A DNA stretch of 62,740 nucleotides, counting the filler, from Sphacelaria rigidula (lineage: Eukaryota), in the NCBI GenBank assembly GCA_964200075.2. It is 11 parts of 11 records of this genome, joined end to end, with 100 filler letters (N's around TTAATTAATTAA, not from the genome) between each part and the next. Parts side by side here need not be neighbours in the genome. Positions count along the whole stretch, not along the records: positions 1 to 5,613 come from CAXNAA020025855.1; positions 5,714 to 11,326 come from CAXNAA020025856.1; positions 11,427 to 17,039 come from CAXNAA020025857.1; 8 more parts are not named here. One strand, 5' to 3'. Shown piece after piece: positions 1 to 12,452 of the stretch. The notes beneath the pieces were generated by a model, which saw only the letters and a program-made list of their open reading frames with translations, did not search any database and was not told where the DNA came from. The position numbers and the translations under genes were made by a program. Position 1 is the stretch's first letter. The number at the start of each line of letters is the position of its first letter.

Positions 1-825
1 CTTCCGTGCAAAAGAGAAATGCCACTTCAACCCCATATTTTGTATGAACCCCATTTTCTAGGATCCACTTTTTTCCCAGATTTTCATCATTGTCCATCAT
101 AAGGAGCGGCCTAATGCACCAGCGGTTCTTCATATTTAGTTTTATAGCACGATTCTCAAAAACGGAGACGCGATATCCAGATTGAGGGCATCTAGTGCCT
201 CTGCTCGCAATATATAGATCTTAGTATGAAAAATTATGTGCGCCATATCTCGAGATATATTACGAATTGGGTGAAGGTGAGGGTATCTATCGTCTCCCCG
301 TGTTCCAGAAAAAGTCCACACAAAATCATCATCACTCGCTGACTGCATCGTTCGGGGTTTCACATAGATTTTAGTCTAGACGCTATCTCCGTACGGTATG
401 GGAATTACTAGACATGGGGTTTATTCAACGAGAAAACATTGGCCCAGATTTTTAACATATGGGCACCTTCCCCTTGATTAAACGATCACTACGATATGCG
501 GATCATGGGCCAATTCGTCTATGTCGATGAGATATTGCGTTGAGAACTTGAATCCGTTTTTAGGCTGGCAGCTCGTACTCTTAATCCATTTCCATCCAGA
601 TTTATTTCATGAACGACAGAGCAATGGCGATGGTCCAGAGAACGGGGGGAGGGGGGTGATCTCCGCCGATGAGGGGTGTCGTGAGGTCATGCGGTGCTCG
701 TCTTGACGTGTCTGGTCTGCTTGTCCGTATGGTTGTCCCCCGGGAGGTCAAAGTATAGAACCTTGCGATACTTATTTTTTTGGTTGGTGGTCTTCGGGCG
801 TTGTGTTTGGCCCTTAGTCTGACCT

Positions 826-1030
826 TGTGTCCATTTCTACTTGGCGTCGCGCATTGAGTTGGAACGTCGGGCGGCGCCCCCTGAAGTCCGAATGGCCACC
901 TGCGGCACCGGATCTTTTGAGGTTAGCCATATTTATTCTCTTCCTCCTTCATTCTTTATCCCTGCTTTGCTTTTATCGCGTCGTCTCTGTTTTTTTTCTG
1001 GGCCTGTTCTTGTTTTTCTGCTTGATTTCC
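826..1030 (+). repeat. Dispersed repeat; reverse-complement copy at 11427-11625
   Basis: CATTTCTACTTGGCGTCGCGC...GAAGTCCGAATGGCCACCTGCGGCACCGGATCTTTTGAGGTTAGCCA recurs inverted at about 11519-11620 on a different contig and is followed by a T-rich tail. Confidence 0.85.
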
Positions 1031-2158
1031 TCATACCTCATTCTAGGTTGCTAGCCACGAAAGGCGTCCGCATCAGACGCCCAATACGGATGTACCGCAA
1101 AGATATCGGCACGATTTTTTAATGTGAAGACAACAACAATTTCATCATAAAATGGATGAAAATGGACGAACATGGATGAAAAATAAAGCCCCCTTCCCTC
1201 CCCTAGATGACATGATGGACATAAGTGACCGATCAGACCACACCACTCGATACTGAAATGGCGGATTATCAGACCGGATTTTTCTCTCATCATACCGCCC
1301 TTGTTCGATCGAGAAGTAATGTTCTGAGATACACGAAAAGATGAAATGCGCCCTTGCTCGAGCACTCCACATTTTCCTGCAGGCGCGGCTGCACGGCGCG
1401 GGAGCTCTGCTTGTACATGGGCACGGTGGGTCGTACTGCGCAGAAATTTATTTGAGCGACGCTTCCGTGTTCAACCAGAGCTAGGTCCTGTAGTAGTACC
1501 TGGCTTACTCGGTGACGTTACCGTCCGTTTATTCCTTCGTTCAATATGGACGTGTGGACCCCGAGACCTGTCCATTGAGTACGGATCACAGTCAACTAGG
1601 CTCAGAAATCATACTTGTATTGTACGACTTGGCTCTAGTTTTGCTCGTAACCCGAACCCAGTTTGTTCGAAAACATCGGTAACGGGCAGCTGATTTAAAA
1701 TATGTGGGCTCCCGAATTAAAAAAAGAACGCGGGATCAGTCATGATAAAAGGTCACGGTGGAAATAAGGATCCACCTATATAAGTGAAAATACTTTTTGC
1801 GCCTACGATACAGTAGTGGAACGCGTAGTAGTTGATTGCCGCACTATCAGCCTCCCCGAGGTCTTGATGAAAATAATTCCGTCCTTATCAGGAGAGAGTC
1901 AAACTTCGATTTCTGGATACGCGTACTATGAGAGGTTGCAAGAGCCGTTCACAAATTGCGGGGTCCGATAGGGACCCACTCTATCAAGACAAGAAAAAGC
2001 AGCGAGAAACGAAACAAGCGTTCGGAAGCAGCACGTTGATAGATCGCCGAGCGGGCCCATGGTGGCCGCGACTTAACAACACGCCGCTTTTGGGCGCCTC
2101 TTTGGTTTTACGTTCCCTTTTGTCGTCTCGATAAGACACTGGCGAAGAAGCAATGCGA

Positions 2159-2258
2159 CCTATAATACTGACAATCTGTACGAAATTTGAGGTGCTATTG
2201 TTATGTTCTGCATTTGAATTAGAACCTCCAATTTCGTACAGATTGTCAGTGTTATAGG
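2159..2258. other. Long stem-loop (39-bp arms, 22-nt loop); candidate pre-miRNA or tiny MITE
   Basis: Arm 2159-2197 CCTATAATACTGACAATCTGTACGAAATTTGAGGTGCTA pairs with arm 2220-2258 TAGAACCTCCAATTTCGTACAGATTGTCAGTGTTATAGG. There are 3 non-Watson-Crick positions, one of them a U-G wobble on the + strand. Confidence 0.8.
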
Positions 2259-3592
2259 AACCATGTCATGTAGGGAGTTGCAGTCGGAAGGTGCCTGCAT
2301 CCCGTGGCGCACACAGGGAAGAGCAGAGAGTCCTTCAGTGAAATTTATTCGAGTTGACAGACTGTCGAATTGTGTTGAAGCGAAAAAGTAATGCGGTCGC
2401 CACCTGTGTCCAGGAAGTCACACAAGAGCAGAGAGAGCTTCGTTGAAATTTTCTCGAATTGAAGACATTCGAACTGTGATGCAGCAAACGAATACTCGTA
2501 ACAGTAGTTCCGCACGACCACTAGCATTGCACTGCCTGTTATGCTGATCCGTTATACTGTACAGTGTTGCTGCCTGCATTGGCTGTGCGGTCAGGTACCC
2601 TGCCGTTCGATGCCGTAGGGGTAACTTTGAACAAACTAGTGTGCGTGACATTTATTCACCCGTTCCAACTCGAGAGGACGACAGAATAATTGGAAATGGG
2701 CAGCATATGGTGGCGACTCCTCAAACATGCGAAATCATTTCTAAAAGTACTTGTGTGGGAGGTTGGTGGGCCCGACGCGCGTCATCAGTATATGCCCTTG
2801 GCGTGATTATTGTAAACGAAACGTACACGCTAGCTGTTTACACGGAAACCCTGCAGCGCTCGTGCGGGATGCGAAAAACTAGCTAGCAGGGCGAGTCGGC
2901 ATGCCCATATCTTGACGACCAGCGAGCCCGCGGCTACAGACACTACAGTGGTTTTTGAACTACACAAATCCTGACGGGCCGGTCAAAATACCAAGACTTC
3001 ACTTATACACTGCAGTCAGTCGAATCAAGCAACGAAACTTTCATATTATTATTCTCGCCGTTGACTACTACTTGTATAATGTACTGTACTGACTACTCTG
3101 CGGCAATTCGGGGTCTACCGTCTTGACTTGATTGTCTTGACTTGATTTTACAAGGGCGGGAAGAATAACATGTCACTTCATCATGAAAGATGCGTCTTTC
3201 ACATCATCATAGAAATCGACTTCAGTTGGCAGAATCCCCAACCTCAGAATATCTGCGAACCCGAGGCAGAAGAAATATCCACACTCTGAGGTGTACAGGT
3301 CAAGTACGAGTGTAACACTAGGGGCATGCCCCGCACTCCTCGAGTGAATGAGTGTGCCCCTATCTCATTCATGAAAATGAAATATGGGTGTATGGCAAGA
3401 GAGGCAAGGGCAGGAAGTGAAAAATATGCGCGCCAAGCCTGACTGGGGCAGGATGGCACCAACTAACGGATCCAACTCGCCATGCTAACTCACCATGCTA
3501 ACTTCATTCTGACAACACAAACAACGGCAAGCATACAGTAACGGTGGTAGGTGGCCGACTCAGTCTCAAATGCACTCCCTCTATGTACCCAC

Positions 3593-4099
3593 CACATGTC
3601 CCAGCAGGTATGCCTGATCCTCAGCGCTCCGGGTACCGATAAAACTGCAGTCCGAAATAGACAAGCTGCCGGCATTCTGCACAATGCGCGTGCCGTATCC
3701 GGAAGGCGTCGTATCGCCCTCGGGGTCAAAATTGAACTGGAGGTTCTCGAGGTGCAGATTACCGGACGACCTGAACAGATTGCCCACGAAGTCGTCTCCA
3801 TCTCCCGCGACGATATCTTCGGCGTCCAAGAACACCTCAGTCTTGGTACCTTCGATGGCGCCGGCAATCTGTACGGTTTGAGCCGCATCAATCACTATAT
3901 TCTCGTTGCAGACGAATGGGTTTGCGCCGTCGTCCAGAAGAAACAGATGCAACTCTTCGGTAGTGTCAGTTTGTGTCTCGATGGCGACTTTCAATGCCGC
4001 GCACGTTTGGAGGACGAGAACTGTGTGGCCATCAACACAGGCCTGGCCCAGGAGCAGCAGGGAAGCTGCCCCGGGGGCCACCCATGATATGGGCTTCAT
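3593..4099 (-). CDS. First coding exon of a secreted acidic beta-rich protein (adhesin-like / 'polymorphic outer membrane protein'-like, possibly beta-helix)
   Basis: ATG at 4099 followed by a signal-peptide-like MKPISWVAPGAASLLLLGQACVDG. Motifs LFRSSGNLHLENLQF and IVQNAGSLSISDCSFIG resemble beta-helix repeats. Phase-0 donor GTGGGT at 3592. No downstream exon was recognised. Confidence 0.7.
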
Positions 4100-4823
4100 T
4101 TCAAAAACTGATCTCTCTTCAACTGTGTGAGATGCGGGTTATATTGTTTGAGTTTTGCTGATTGTAATTCCTTGGTTGCGGCCAGCTGGTTGCAACCTGC
4201 AACAGCGAAACCCCGACCGCGGCACAACTTCCAGTATTGTAATCTATACTCGATTTTGTTCCCACAAATAAAAATAAAAACACAGCACCCTGTGAAATAT
4301 GCGCATTCAAGTAAAAGTTCAAGGTACAACTAGAGTATGGTCAAAAGATACAAAATATCATCCCACAGCAGAGAGAAAGAGAGATCTGGAGCAGAGGCCA
4401 GCATCGTCAGTGATGCGACACGATTCAACAGCGCTTCAAGTCGTCAGTACTAAACGATGCACTGATTGCACACTGCTCTACATATATACTACAGTGCAAC
4501 ACTAGCTTGCATTGTTGTGCTGTTGTCGTGCCTTTACCCTTGGCATCGTCGTCTTCACTTTATGCTGAATTCCATGTACAATATGCAAAAGCAACCTTAG
4601 GGATCAACATAAAAACACCCATAACTCGTGACATGCGCTGGCAGCTCCTCCTTCTGACTTAAATCCTGCGGTAAAAAAAATCCTGAACTCTTCCTCGTAA
4701 CGGCTGCTTGTTTCTTGCAGTCAAGTTTATTTATGCACACGGCCAGCGGTCAACGGCGGTATCCATTGACAGCGTCAAACACGTCCACACACGGTGTAGT
4801 ATAACAGCGGTATGCATCACGGG

Positions 4824-5045
4824 ATGTGTGTGAGTTGTCGTCCCATCTATCATTCTGGACGCCGGTCTACACCTTTCGGTGTATGTGGGCGCAGCAGCCG
4901 GGGTCACAAAGGAGGAAGGTGAAGATCAGCACAGGAGCTTTTTCTTTTACATTTGTTTCAGGACCTCACCTCTTTTGCTCTGCTTGCCTCTTTTTTTTGT
5001 TATCGCGAGAGGAACTTTGCAGTCCCTTTCCCTCGTCGGCCGTTT
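4824..5045 (-). mobile_element. 5'-truncated tRNA-SINE family A copy
   Basis: GTTGTCGTCCCATCTA...GTGGGCGCAGCAGCCGGGGTCACAAAGGAGGAAGG matches the 3' body of the full-length copies at 31115-31468, 36528-36890 and 38931-39307. Confidence 0.8.
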
Positions 5046-5186
5046 AGTCGAACGGGATGATGGGATGATCTATTCGAGGTATGCATGGACTTTGCAAAAA
5101 TACTTTGAAATGCGACCATGGGTAGGTACGCAGCGAGCAGCCGCCCATCACCATCATTATCCATCATTGTGGTCTGGGTATTATTA

Positions 5187-5370
5187 TGTGTGTGTGTGTT
5201 GTCGTCCCATCTATTCTGGACGCCGCGGGCTACATCTTTCGGTACATGTGGGCGCACCAGCCGGGGTCACACGGGAGGAAGGCCAACGCAGGAGTTTCTC
5301 CTTTGTTGTTTTGTTTCAGCAGTCAGTGCTCCGCATTCCTTCTCCGGTGCTTGTCTTTTTAGTAAAGTTG
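5187..5370 (-). mobile_element. 5'-truncated tRNA-SINE family A copy
   Basis: (TG)n tail followed by GTTGTCGTCCCATCTATTCTGGACGCC...GGGCGCACCAGCCGGGGTCACACGGGAGGAAGG. Confidence 0.8.
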
Positions 5371-5613
5371 TGAACTAGCTACCAGTTTCACTGGTTGCAG
5401 GTACATTTAACTGGTACAACTGCTTAACTGACCGGTTGTGTGACCAGTTGAATCAGTAATTTCTTATAATCGGCTTGTTAAGCCCCGTGCGAAGTTGCTT
5501 CAGCATCTGGGGGCGGCAGTACGCACGCCCTGTGCTGTCACGAGACTGTCTTCTGCTGCCGTTGCAAAAATATCAAACGCCTCGTACTCTAGCAACGTAC
5601 GTCAATACGCGTA

Positions 5614-5713
5614 NNNNNNNNNNNNNNNNNNNNNNNNNNNNNNNNNNNNNNNNNNNNTTAATTAATTAANNNNNNNNNNNNNNNNNNNNNNNNNNNNNNN
5701 NNNNNNNNNNNNN
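5614..5713. other. Artificial contig linker (44N-TTAATTAATTAA-44N)
   Basis: An identical 100-bp spacer with stops in all six frames also occurs at 11327-11426, 17040-17139, 22753-22852, 28466-28565, 34179-34278, 39892-39991, 45605-45704, 51317-51416 and 57029-57128. Confidence 0.99.
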
Positions 5714-6289
5714 CGTGGTCCGTCCCGGCTTTGTAGGGATGCGAGGTCAATGGTCTGATGACTATGGCATACATGATCATGAGTAACGTATCGTTGGATA
5801 ACTCTGTTTGCCTGTGGCAGCATGCTGATGCCGTGGTGTCAACCCTAGGTGTATCGCTGACAGAAAACACGACGGAATCGGAGCTCCCTATCACCGTTCA
5901 TCTCACCTATCTCCGCTTACTTGTCTCGTCATGTTGTACTGCCACTCACATTGTCGTTATCAACAAGATATCTGTCGACGAGGGCGGGAGCGCTGCGAGA
6001 GCGTCTGCGCTCAGAGACGGCACGAGACCCCGTACCACGCACGGGACTCGTTCTCCCGCTGTCAAGTGCCGTGCGCCGCAGCGAAGAAGGTCTGCCCTAT
6101 GCACTTCAAGAACACGTCGGTATGCTGCACTACTACCGGCGGCTCCACATGAGCTATACTTGTACATCGAGGCGTGCGCAAATTGGGAACAGAAGCTGCT
6201 AGCCTAGGTGCTACAGTAGTTGACACCTGATATAGAAAAAATTTCGTATTTTCTCGTAGTCAGGGATACTTGAAGGTGTTGTCAAGTGC

Positions 6290-6720
6290 CACCGCTCATC
6301 CGGGTAAACGTTTGATCCCAAAGTTCGGGGATCAGGAGATACTAGGCATTCTCTCCGCATTTCGAAATGAGATCACACCAACGCCCATCATTGAACAACT
6401 TACGGACTGACCGGTTTTGGGGGGTCCTGAGACTACCCAGCCCCAGGTTCTGACCCTTGAGCATTTTTGCTCGATCGAAGCAATCCCAACCGTTTTCGTG
6501 AACAAATGAAAATGATTGAGCTCTTGTTGTTTACCTATTTATTGCGCTAGAGCTCAAGTACTGTGTTATTTAGACCAGTGACGGTCGATAAAACCTCCTG
6601 ATGAACAAGGTACTCACTCCGCATCATCCCGACAACACCAATTGAGGATCGTGTTCTGAGCACGACCTGCTTCTCTCCCAATATCTATCGACTCTAAGAC
6701 TTTTAAGCACCCAGGACGGA
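6290..6720 (+). repeat. Degenerate dispersed repeat (probable non-autonomous DNA TE); interrupted homolog at about 40060-41455
   Basis: Shared blocks GGAGATACTAG(G/A)CAT, TTTTGCT(C/T)GATCGAAGCAA..CGTTTTCGT(G/C)AACAAA(T/C)GAAAATGAT and GCACGACCTGCTTCTCT occur in the same order in both contigs. Confidence 0.7.
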
Positions 6721-6831
6721 TATTACACGAGAAAATTCGGGGAAGTACCCCAAAACGAAAATTGCCCAACCGAGCTCTGCACAGCACAGGAGGGGTCGGA
6801 CCAATTTCGATCACTCCCATGGATGCTTTTG

Positions 6832-7048
6832 ATTAATTAATTGATTGATTGATTGTCGCACTTCAACTGATCCACCAGGGGTCCAGCCGTGGTCGCATGA
6901 TAGACATACCCAAGAATAACTGAAACATTCGCTGAGCAAAAGAAGGAACAGAAAAAGTCGAACAGAACGACATAGTAGGCTAAGACGTGAAAAAATAATA
7001 ATTTAAAAAGTACACAAAAGCAAAGCAAAGAAAGAGATGGCCGATCTC

Positions 7049-7093
<45 letters not shown>

Positions 7094-7870
7094 AAGGAGG
7101 GAAAAAGAGCAAGAACAAATTGAATAAATACTATAATAAAAAATAGGAAAAAGCCTAAGGGATTCAGGGCAGCAGAGTAGATACAGACACACAGCAGTGG
7201 GCACCGCAGAGCCACCGACTCAGGACATAATCAACAACCGATATGAGCAGACAGGATTATTCGATTGGCGGCCCTCGACGCAGCAGCCTCTGGCTTGTGA
7301 CGGCAGTCTGATTCTCGTGTGTCCGCGCGTCGCCACGTGTCCTCAAACTCTTCCGCTCCTTTCCGACTCCAATATGCCATTTGCCCATGTTCTTCGCCGC
7401 AGTGACCCGATCGTATGCATCTTTAACCTCTACACCGTAGACAAACCACTTTCGTCGTGCTCCTTGAGGGTATCCTTCTATTGCTTGGGGGGGCGGTCGG
7501 TCTCCTCGGGTCCTCGTGTGGAAAGCCGACCGTTCATGACGGGCTTAGGTAGGCGTGTGACCTTTTGCCGGACAAGAGCTCCCGCGAACCAGAGTTGACG
7601 TTTGTGGACAGTCGTCTCGATACGTTCGCAGTTGGTCATCTCGAGCACCGCTATGTACGAAAGAGTCTTGTAGCTATTTCGATCTTTCCTGCGGAATCCA
7701 GTCACTTGCAGCAGGAGCTTGTGATTGCTCTTGTGAGGCTGGCGAAGTCTTCAGAACGCAGCGTACATGTGGCACATCCGTACAACAGAGCTTCTACCGC
7801 CTTAGCTTTAAGCAGTCGAACTTTCAAGGATGGCTCGGCGCTGGGTCAGTGGTGGAGTTGGGAGCTACAT
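6832..7870 (-). mobile_element. 3' fragment of an RTE-like non-LTR retrotransposon (frameshifted ORF C-terminus, 3'UTR, (ATCA)n tail)
   Basis: Minus-strand peptides LKVRLLKAKAVEALLYGCATCTL, HKLLLQVTGFRRK..LSY..IETTVHKRQLWFAGALVRQ..RLPKPVMNGRL are typical of the RTE post-RT region. The element ends GACCACGGCTGGACCCCTGGTGGATCAGTTGAAGTGCGACAATCAATCAATC. Confidence 0.85.
7050..7093. repeat. (CAA)n microsatellite in the LINE 3'UTR
   Basis: Directly visible; it explains the poly-L and poly-C ORFs. Confidence 0.95.
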
Positions 7871-9587
7871 ATATGTATTCGCGATTTTACGAACCCTTGT
7901 CTTTGATTTTCACCTTTCATTGCGCTGGAGCCGGAAAGAAATGTGTTTTGGACCACAAACGGTCTGAAACACCCCCTGTCAATCCAGTTCCGAGGCCGTT
8001 CAAAATTGAGCACAGAGACGATATCCGTCTCGGAATATGGAGCGCATGCCTAGTATTTCCCGACTCCCAAGCGTTGGGATCAGCCGCTCGCCGGGATGAG
8101 CAATCGCACGCGAAAAAACGTCGAAAATCGCCGACTACGGAAAAATGACAAACATCTTATATCGCAGATAAAAACTACTGTACATAATCCCTGTGACACT
8201 TGTTGGAAGGAGTTGCCCAAAATTGAGAGTGGCATTCTTGCTCACGATGTCAAGACTCTGTCATTGGCTAGTGCCTCTACAATGGGACTTTGCGGCATTA
8301 CGCGCGGTGACGACCCTTTCTTCAGGTGGGAATAGTATACAACGGACAATTCAATATAATGAGGTTGGACACTGAACTGAGGTTCAAGCCCAAAATAGTG
8401 CTTTATCCACACTTTCAGCGATGGTGCCCAATGACGTTTTGTCAACCTCATGCCCCTCGATCGCTTGATACTTTTTTAGCGCATTACATCGACTCTTTTA
8501 GCTCACAGGGCCGACCGAAGCCGTCATTTTCCCTGATATTCCCCCCCCCAAAAAATATGCAATGATCTGATGAGTATGGGATGCATGATCATGAGTACAC
8601 CCCGATCTACTTTCCCATATCAAGTCCGAAAACATCCGAGAATCTCCCCTCTATATCATAACAAACGTAGACAAGAGTAAAAGCCAAAACCTAGACATGT
8701 AAGTAATAGTGTAAAGGTTGACCACCTTACATGCAAATCGGAAGTACAGAAGATATAACCAGTACGGATAGGGTAGGGACACCAAACCCTCCACGTCGAA
8801 TTCACATGGAGGTTGGGGTTTCGTGGTGAGATACCCGTAAAACCTTAGCGTTTCCATTGGGCGGTGGAAGTCTGGTCAGTCATTCCCACAATTTTCCGAC
8901 ATCAGGTGCAAACGGCGCCCAATGGATGGAAAGGGTGGACAATGGATGGCGTATACGTCAAGACCTACTGCACTCATGAAGAAAGACCCTTGCCGGTGAC
9001 CGACCACATGACCTACGACGAGAAAGAGCACCAAGCGGTACGTAAACTTCTTGAGATCTTGAAAGATAGAAGCTGATACAAAGTGTGGGGGAATCGTTGG
9101 CCAAGCTTTCGGCAGCGAAGGTCTACTTGGAAGCATCAATGGAGTAGCGACCCATGGTGAACCGTACCCGGGGTGGGAAAGTGATGTACGGGACATCCCG
9201 GTGTGAGTGAGGCCTTGTGTTATGCAAGCCGTCCCTGAACCTTACACGGTGAAAATGTCCTCCATGGAGGAAAGTAACCAGTAAAGCAGCGGGGCAAGAA
9301 GATAGAAGATACGATCGTGGGACGCCTGGATGGTTTACAATGAAGATCGCCTAGCGCAAACGTGGGTTACTTGTGTCAAAGGTGTTGAACTTGGCTTCAG
9401 TCTACGAGCCCGTGTTGGAGGCACCATTTAGTCTTGGCGAGCCAGCAAAAAAGCTGAAAGGAACCAGACCCCAACGGGTATCAGGATTGGGATATCCCAG
9501 TACGTTAAAGACATCCCACCACGACGAATAAAACGAATAAACGGGAGGTCCTCTCGAAGGAGATCGAGAGAGAGACGGCAAGGAAGG

Positions 9588-11326
9588 ATGGATGGAGGAG
9601 TAAAAGAGTGGTCGGGTAAGGTACTAGTAGTGCGGGTACTCGGAGTACGTAGCGACATGACGAGAATCGAGTTCAAAAAGAAATACGATGAAGTTGGGTT
9701 ATACTGTTTGGCAAGAGGAAACGTAAAAAGGGAGGGAAAACACTTCGGAGTCACGCTAAAACAGGGAGCGAGCAAGGTGTGGGAAAGGATAGAAACAAGT
9801 AAGGTGTCGGCATGGGTTAGAAAGTAGGATGGGGAGTATACATGGCTAATGGAACAACAAACCAAGGACATGGTCCACGTGTAAATGGAGGGGGAGAGAG
9901 GCAGGAACAGGTAAGTGTCCGTAAGGGGAAAGGGAGGGGACATAGCGGCCCGAAGCAAATAGACAAAGACCAACGCAGAAACGGGAAGAACAACCAAGCA
10001 AGGGAAAGTAAAAGTAAAAGCGACGGAGAGAGAACAGCAGACAACACGAGAGCAGATAATGATTCGGAAAGGAAGTGAAGACCATGGGATCGTGGAACGT
10101 GTGTGGGTTCGTCACAGACAAGCGCAAGGAGAAGAGATAGCACAACAAGTGAGTAGACACGACCTAGATATAGTAGGGATTCAAGAGTCATGGGAGAAAG
10201 AGGGGGCGGAAATAGTGTGCAAAGTTGAAGAGTATGCATGGAAAGGGAAGAAGCGGAAGGGACAAAAGTACAAGAGTTGGGGAGCGGGAAGAGTCATTCT
10301 CGGTCAAGAAATATCTGTATGACAGTATAGAAGTGATCGACGACACGAAATTCGACAAGAGCATATGGCTAAGGGTACCAGGAGAGCGGGGAACGAAGAA
10401 CTTCTTCGTAGGAAACGTCTCTATGACCCCAGCATCGAAGAGTAGGGTAAACGACATACAACGGAGGTTGGGAGAGATAGCAGCAGATGAACATAAGTAC
10501 TAAAGGCAAGGAGAAGTAATGTTAGTGGGAGGATTTAATGCAAGAAAAGGAAGAGCAGGTCTTCCGGATGACATCATCGGGCAATAGGGGGAAAGTAAGA
10601 AGAACACGAATGGGTGAGAAATGCTGAAGTTACTCGAGCATAACGAGATGAAGACGCTGAACGATAGGGCACAAAAGCCAAGGGCGCAGTGGACATGGGC
10701 TAGAAAATACAAAAACGAAATAGAACGTTCCGTTCTTGACTATGTAGTGGTAGACATGAAAATAGTAAAGAAATGGAAGTACATGTATGCGCGGAGGACG
10801 TGGGAGCCACAGATCATTGGCTAATATGAACAGAGGGCCAACAGACGAGAGCTAAAAGAAAAAAGCAGGGTAGAAAGTTGTACAAATGGAGAATCGATCA
10901 ACTAGATATGGAAGAACAACGGCAAGAGTTCCAAGAAGAGATGGCCCAAAATGCAGTGAACTTTTCCGAGCCGTTGGAACGCGTAGGTACAGTTGATACC
11001 GAATATGGAAAAAAATCGGGCAGGAGAGAAATCGGGGAGGGGCGAAGATCATAGAAGGATGGGAGCAGCTGGTCAAGAACACAGCGAGTAAAGTCACAGG
11101 GAGGAGACTGATAGTATGCAATAGAGCAGTAAAATGGTGGGATGAGAAAGTGAAAAAGGCTATCAGAGTAAGGAGAGAAGCCCACCCGAGATGAGTGTCG
11201 AGCAAAGCTACGATAGGATGGGAGGAGTATACTAAAGCTCGAGAGGAAGTTAAAAAGACGGTACAGCAGAAAAAGAAGGAAGTTTGGGAAGGTGTAGTGA
11301 ATAAAACCATTGAAAATTTCGACGGC
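9588..11326 (+). mobile_element. Decayed non-LTR retrotransposon: ORF1-like remnant and APE endonuclease of ORF2, truncated by the contig end
   Basis: APE motifs in order: MGSWNVCG (ATG at about 10084), DLDIVGIQESW, MLVGGFNARKG (GDFNA-like), SVLDYVVV, GATDH, then KWWDEKVKKAI. Multiple stops and frameshifts. Confidence 0.85.
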
Positions 11327-11426
11327 NNNNNNNNNNNNNNNNNNNNNNNNNNNNNNNNNNNNNNNNNNNNTTAATTAATTAANNNNNNNNNNNNNNNNNN
11401 NNNNNNNNNNNNNNNNNNNNNNNNNN

Positions 11427-11737
11427 ACCAAAAAAACAAAATAGACCCGGATTGAAAACTCACAAAACGCGATACAAGCTAAACAGGAATAAAAAATAAA
11501 AAATAAAAAGAGTACATGTGGCTAACCTCAAAAGATCCGGTGCCGCAGGTGGCCATTCGGACTTCAGGGGGTGGCACCCGGCTTTCCAACTCGACGCGCG
11601 ACGCCAAGTAGAAATGAACACAGGATCATGATCCAAAGCATAGTCTGTGGGGGGAGGGGCGTACTCATTTGTTGCTTGCCTTAGTCGTTTGACCATTGAC
11701 CACGCATCCCTTTCGAGACGGAGCACCGTTCCTACTC
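11427..11737 (-). repeat. Composite high-copy repeat (826-1030 module plus the GTACTCAT...GACCATTGACC core)
   Basis: The core 11648-11737 recurs at 39792-39865 (same orientation) and 46047-46132 (inverted). Confidence 0.85.
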
Positions 11738-12099
11738 CTAATAGCATAATCTGTGGGGAAGGTACTATTTCCCCCCTCCCCACCCCATCCCCCACCCCGT
11801 CACAAATCATGCACGATCCTTTTGACTTAAGAAATGCTCTATTAATACGACTCGTAGGCAAAGATGGGATACAAACAAATCCCGCTTTTGGGGGGTTGGG
11901 GTTAGAACTCACTTGATTCATGGATCGATTGGTTCATCGATTGGTGGTCGCGCACTAGACATTCCCCTAGGAATCCAGCCGTGGTCAAGCGATAGACATA
12001 CCCACCCAAGATACACATGAAGCCTTTTTTTTGTGCGTGCTTGTCTGTGCCGCGCGGGCGGGCGGGCGGGGCTGGACAACGTACAGGTCGCGGTTAACC

Positions 12100-12303
12100 A
12101 TGGCGGGTAGGGGTGCCGGAGGTCGAGGCCGGGTGTTGTGTCCGATGTATGAGCCGATCAGCACGTTGGGGCCATCGGAAAGCGATAAGGAGTTGGACAA
12201 GCGGTTGGAGGTGTTCATGGACGAAAACGTGCCGGTTATGTCGAAGAGCGATTTGCGACGGCGGGAGGTGGTGCTGGGGAAGATTCGCGGAATTTTCCTG
12301 CAG
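12100..12303 (+). CDS. First coding exon of a canonical-type poly(A) polymerase (N-terminal region)
   Basis: MYEPISTLGPSESDKELDKRLEVFMDENVPVMSKSDLRRREVVLGKIRGIFLQ matches the PAP N-terminal pattern PIS..GP...D......LE.F..........RRE.VLG.I. Ends CAG|GTGTGA, phase 0. Confidence 0.8.
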
Positions 12304-12452
12304 GTGTGATTTTGAGTTTTGTTTTGCGTCGGGTTTTTTGTTTGTTTGTTCGATCGATCGCTCGGTTGGTTAATTATTTTGGTTGGTTTGCAATGTGGTG
12401 TGCGTTCTTATGCTGGTCGTTGCACTTGTTGTTGTTGTTGCTGTGATGGTGC

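Noticed and set aside
5755..5790. CTGATGA hammerhead-like cores (also at about 8567 and 14909) suggesting retrozymes
   Set aside because: No stem II followed by GAAA could be built, and homologous repeat copies do not conserve CTGATGA.
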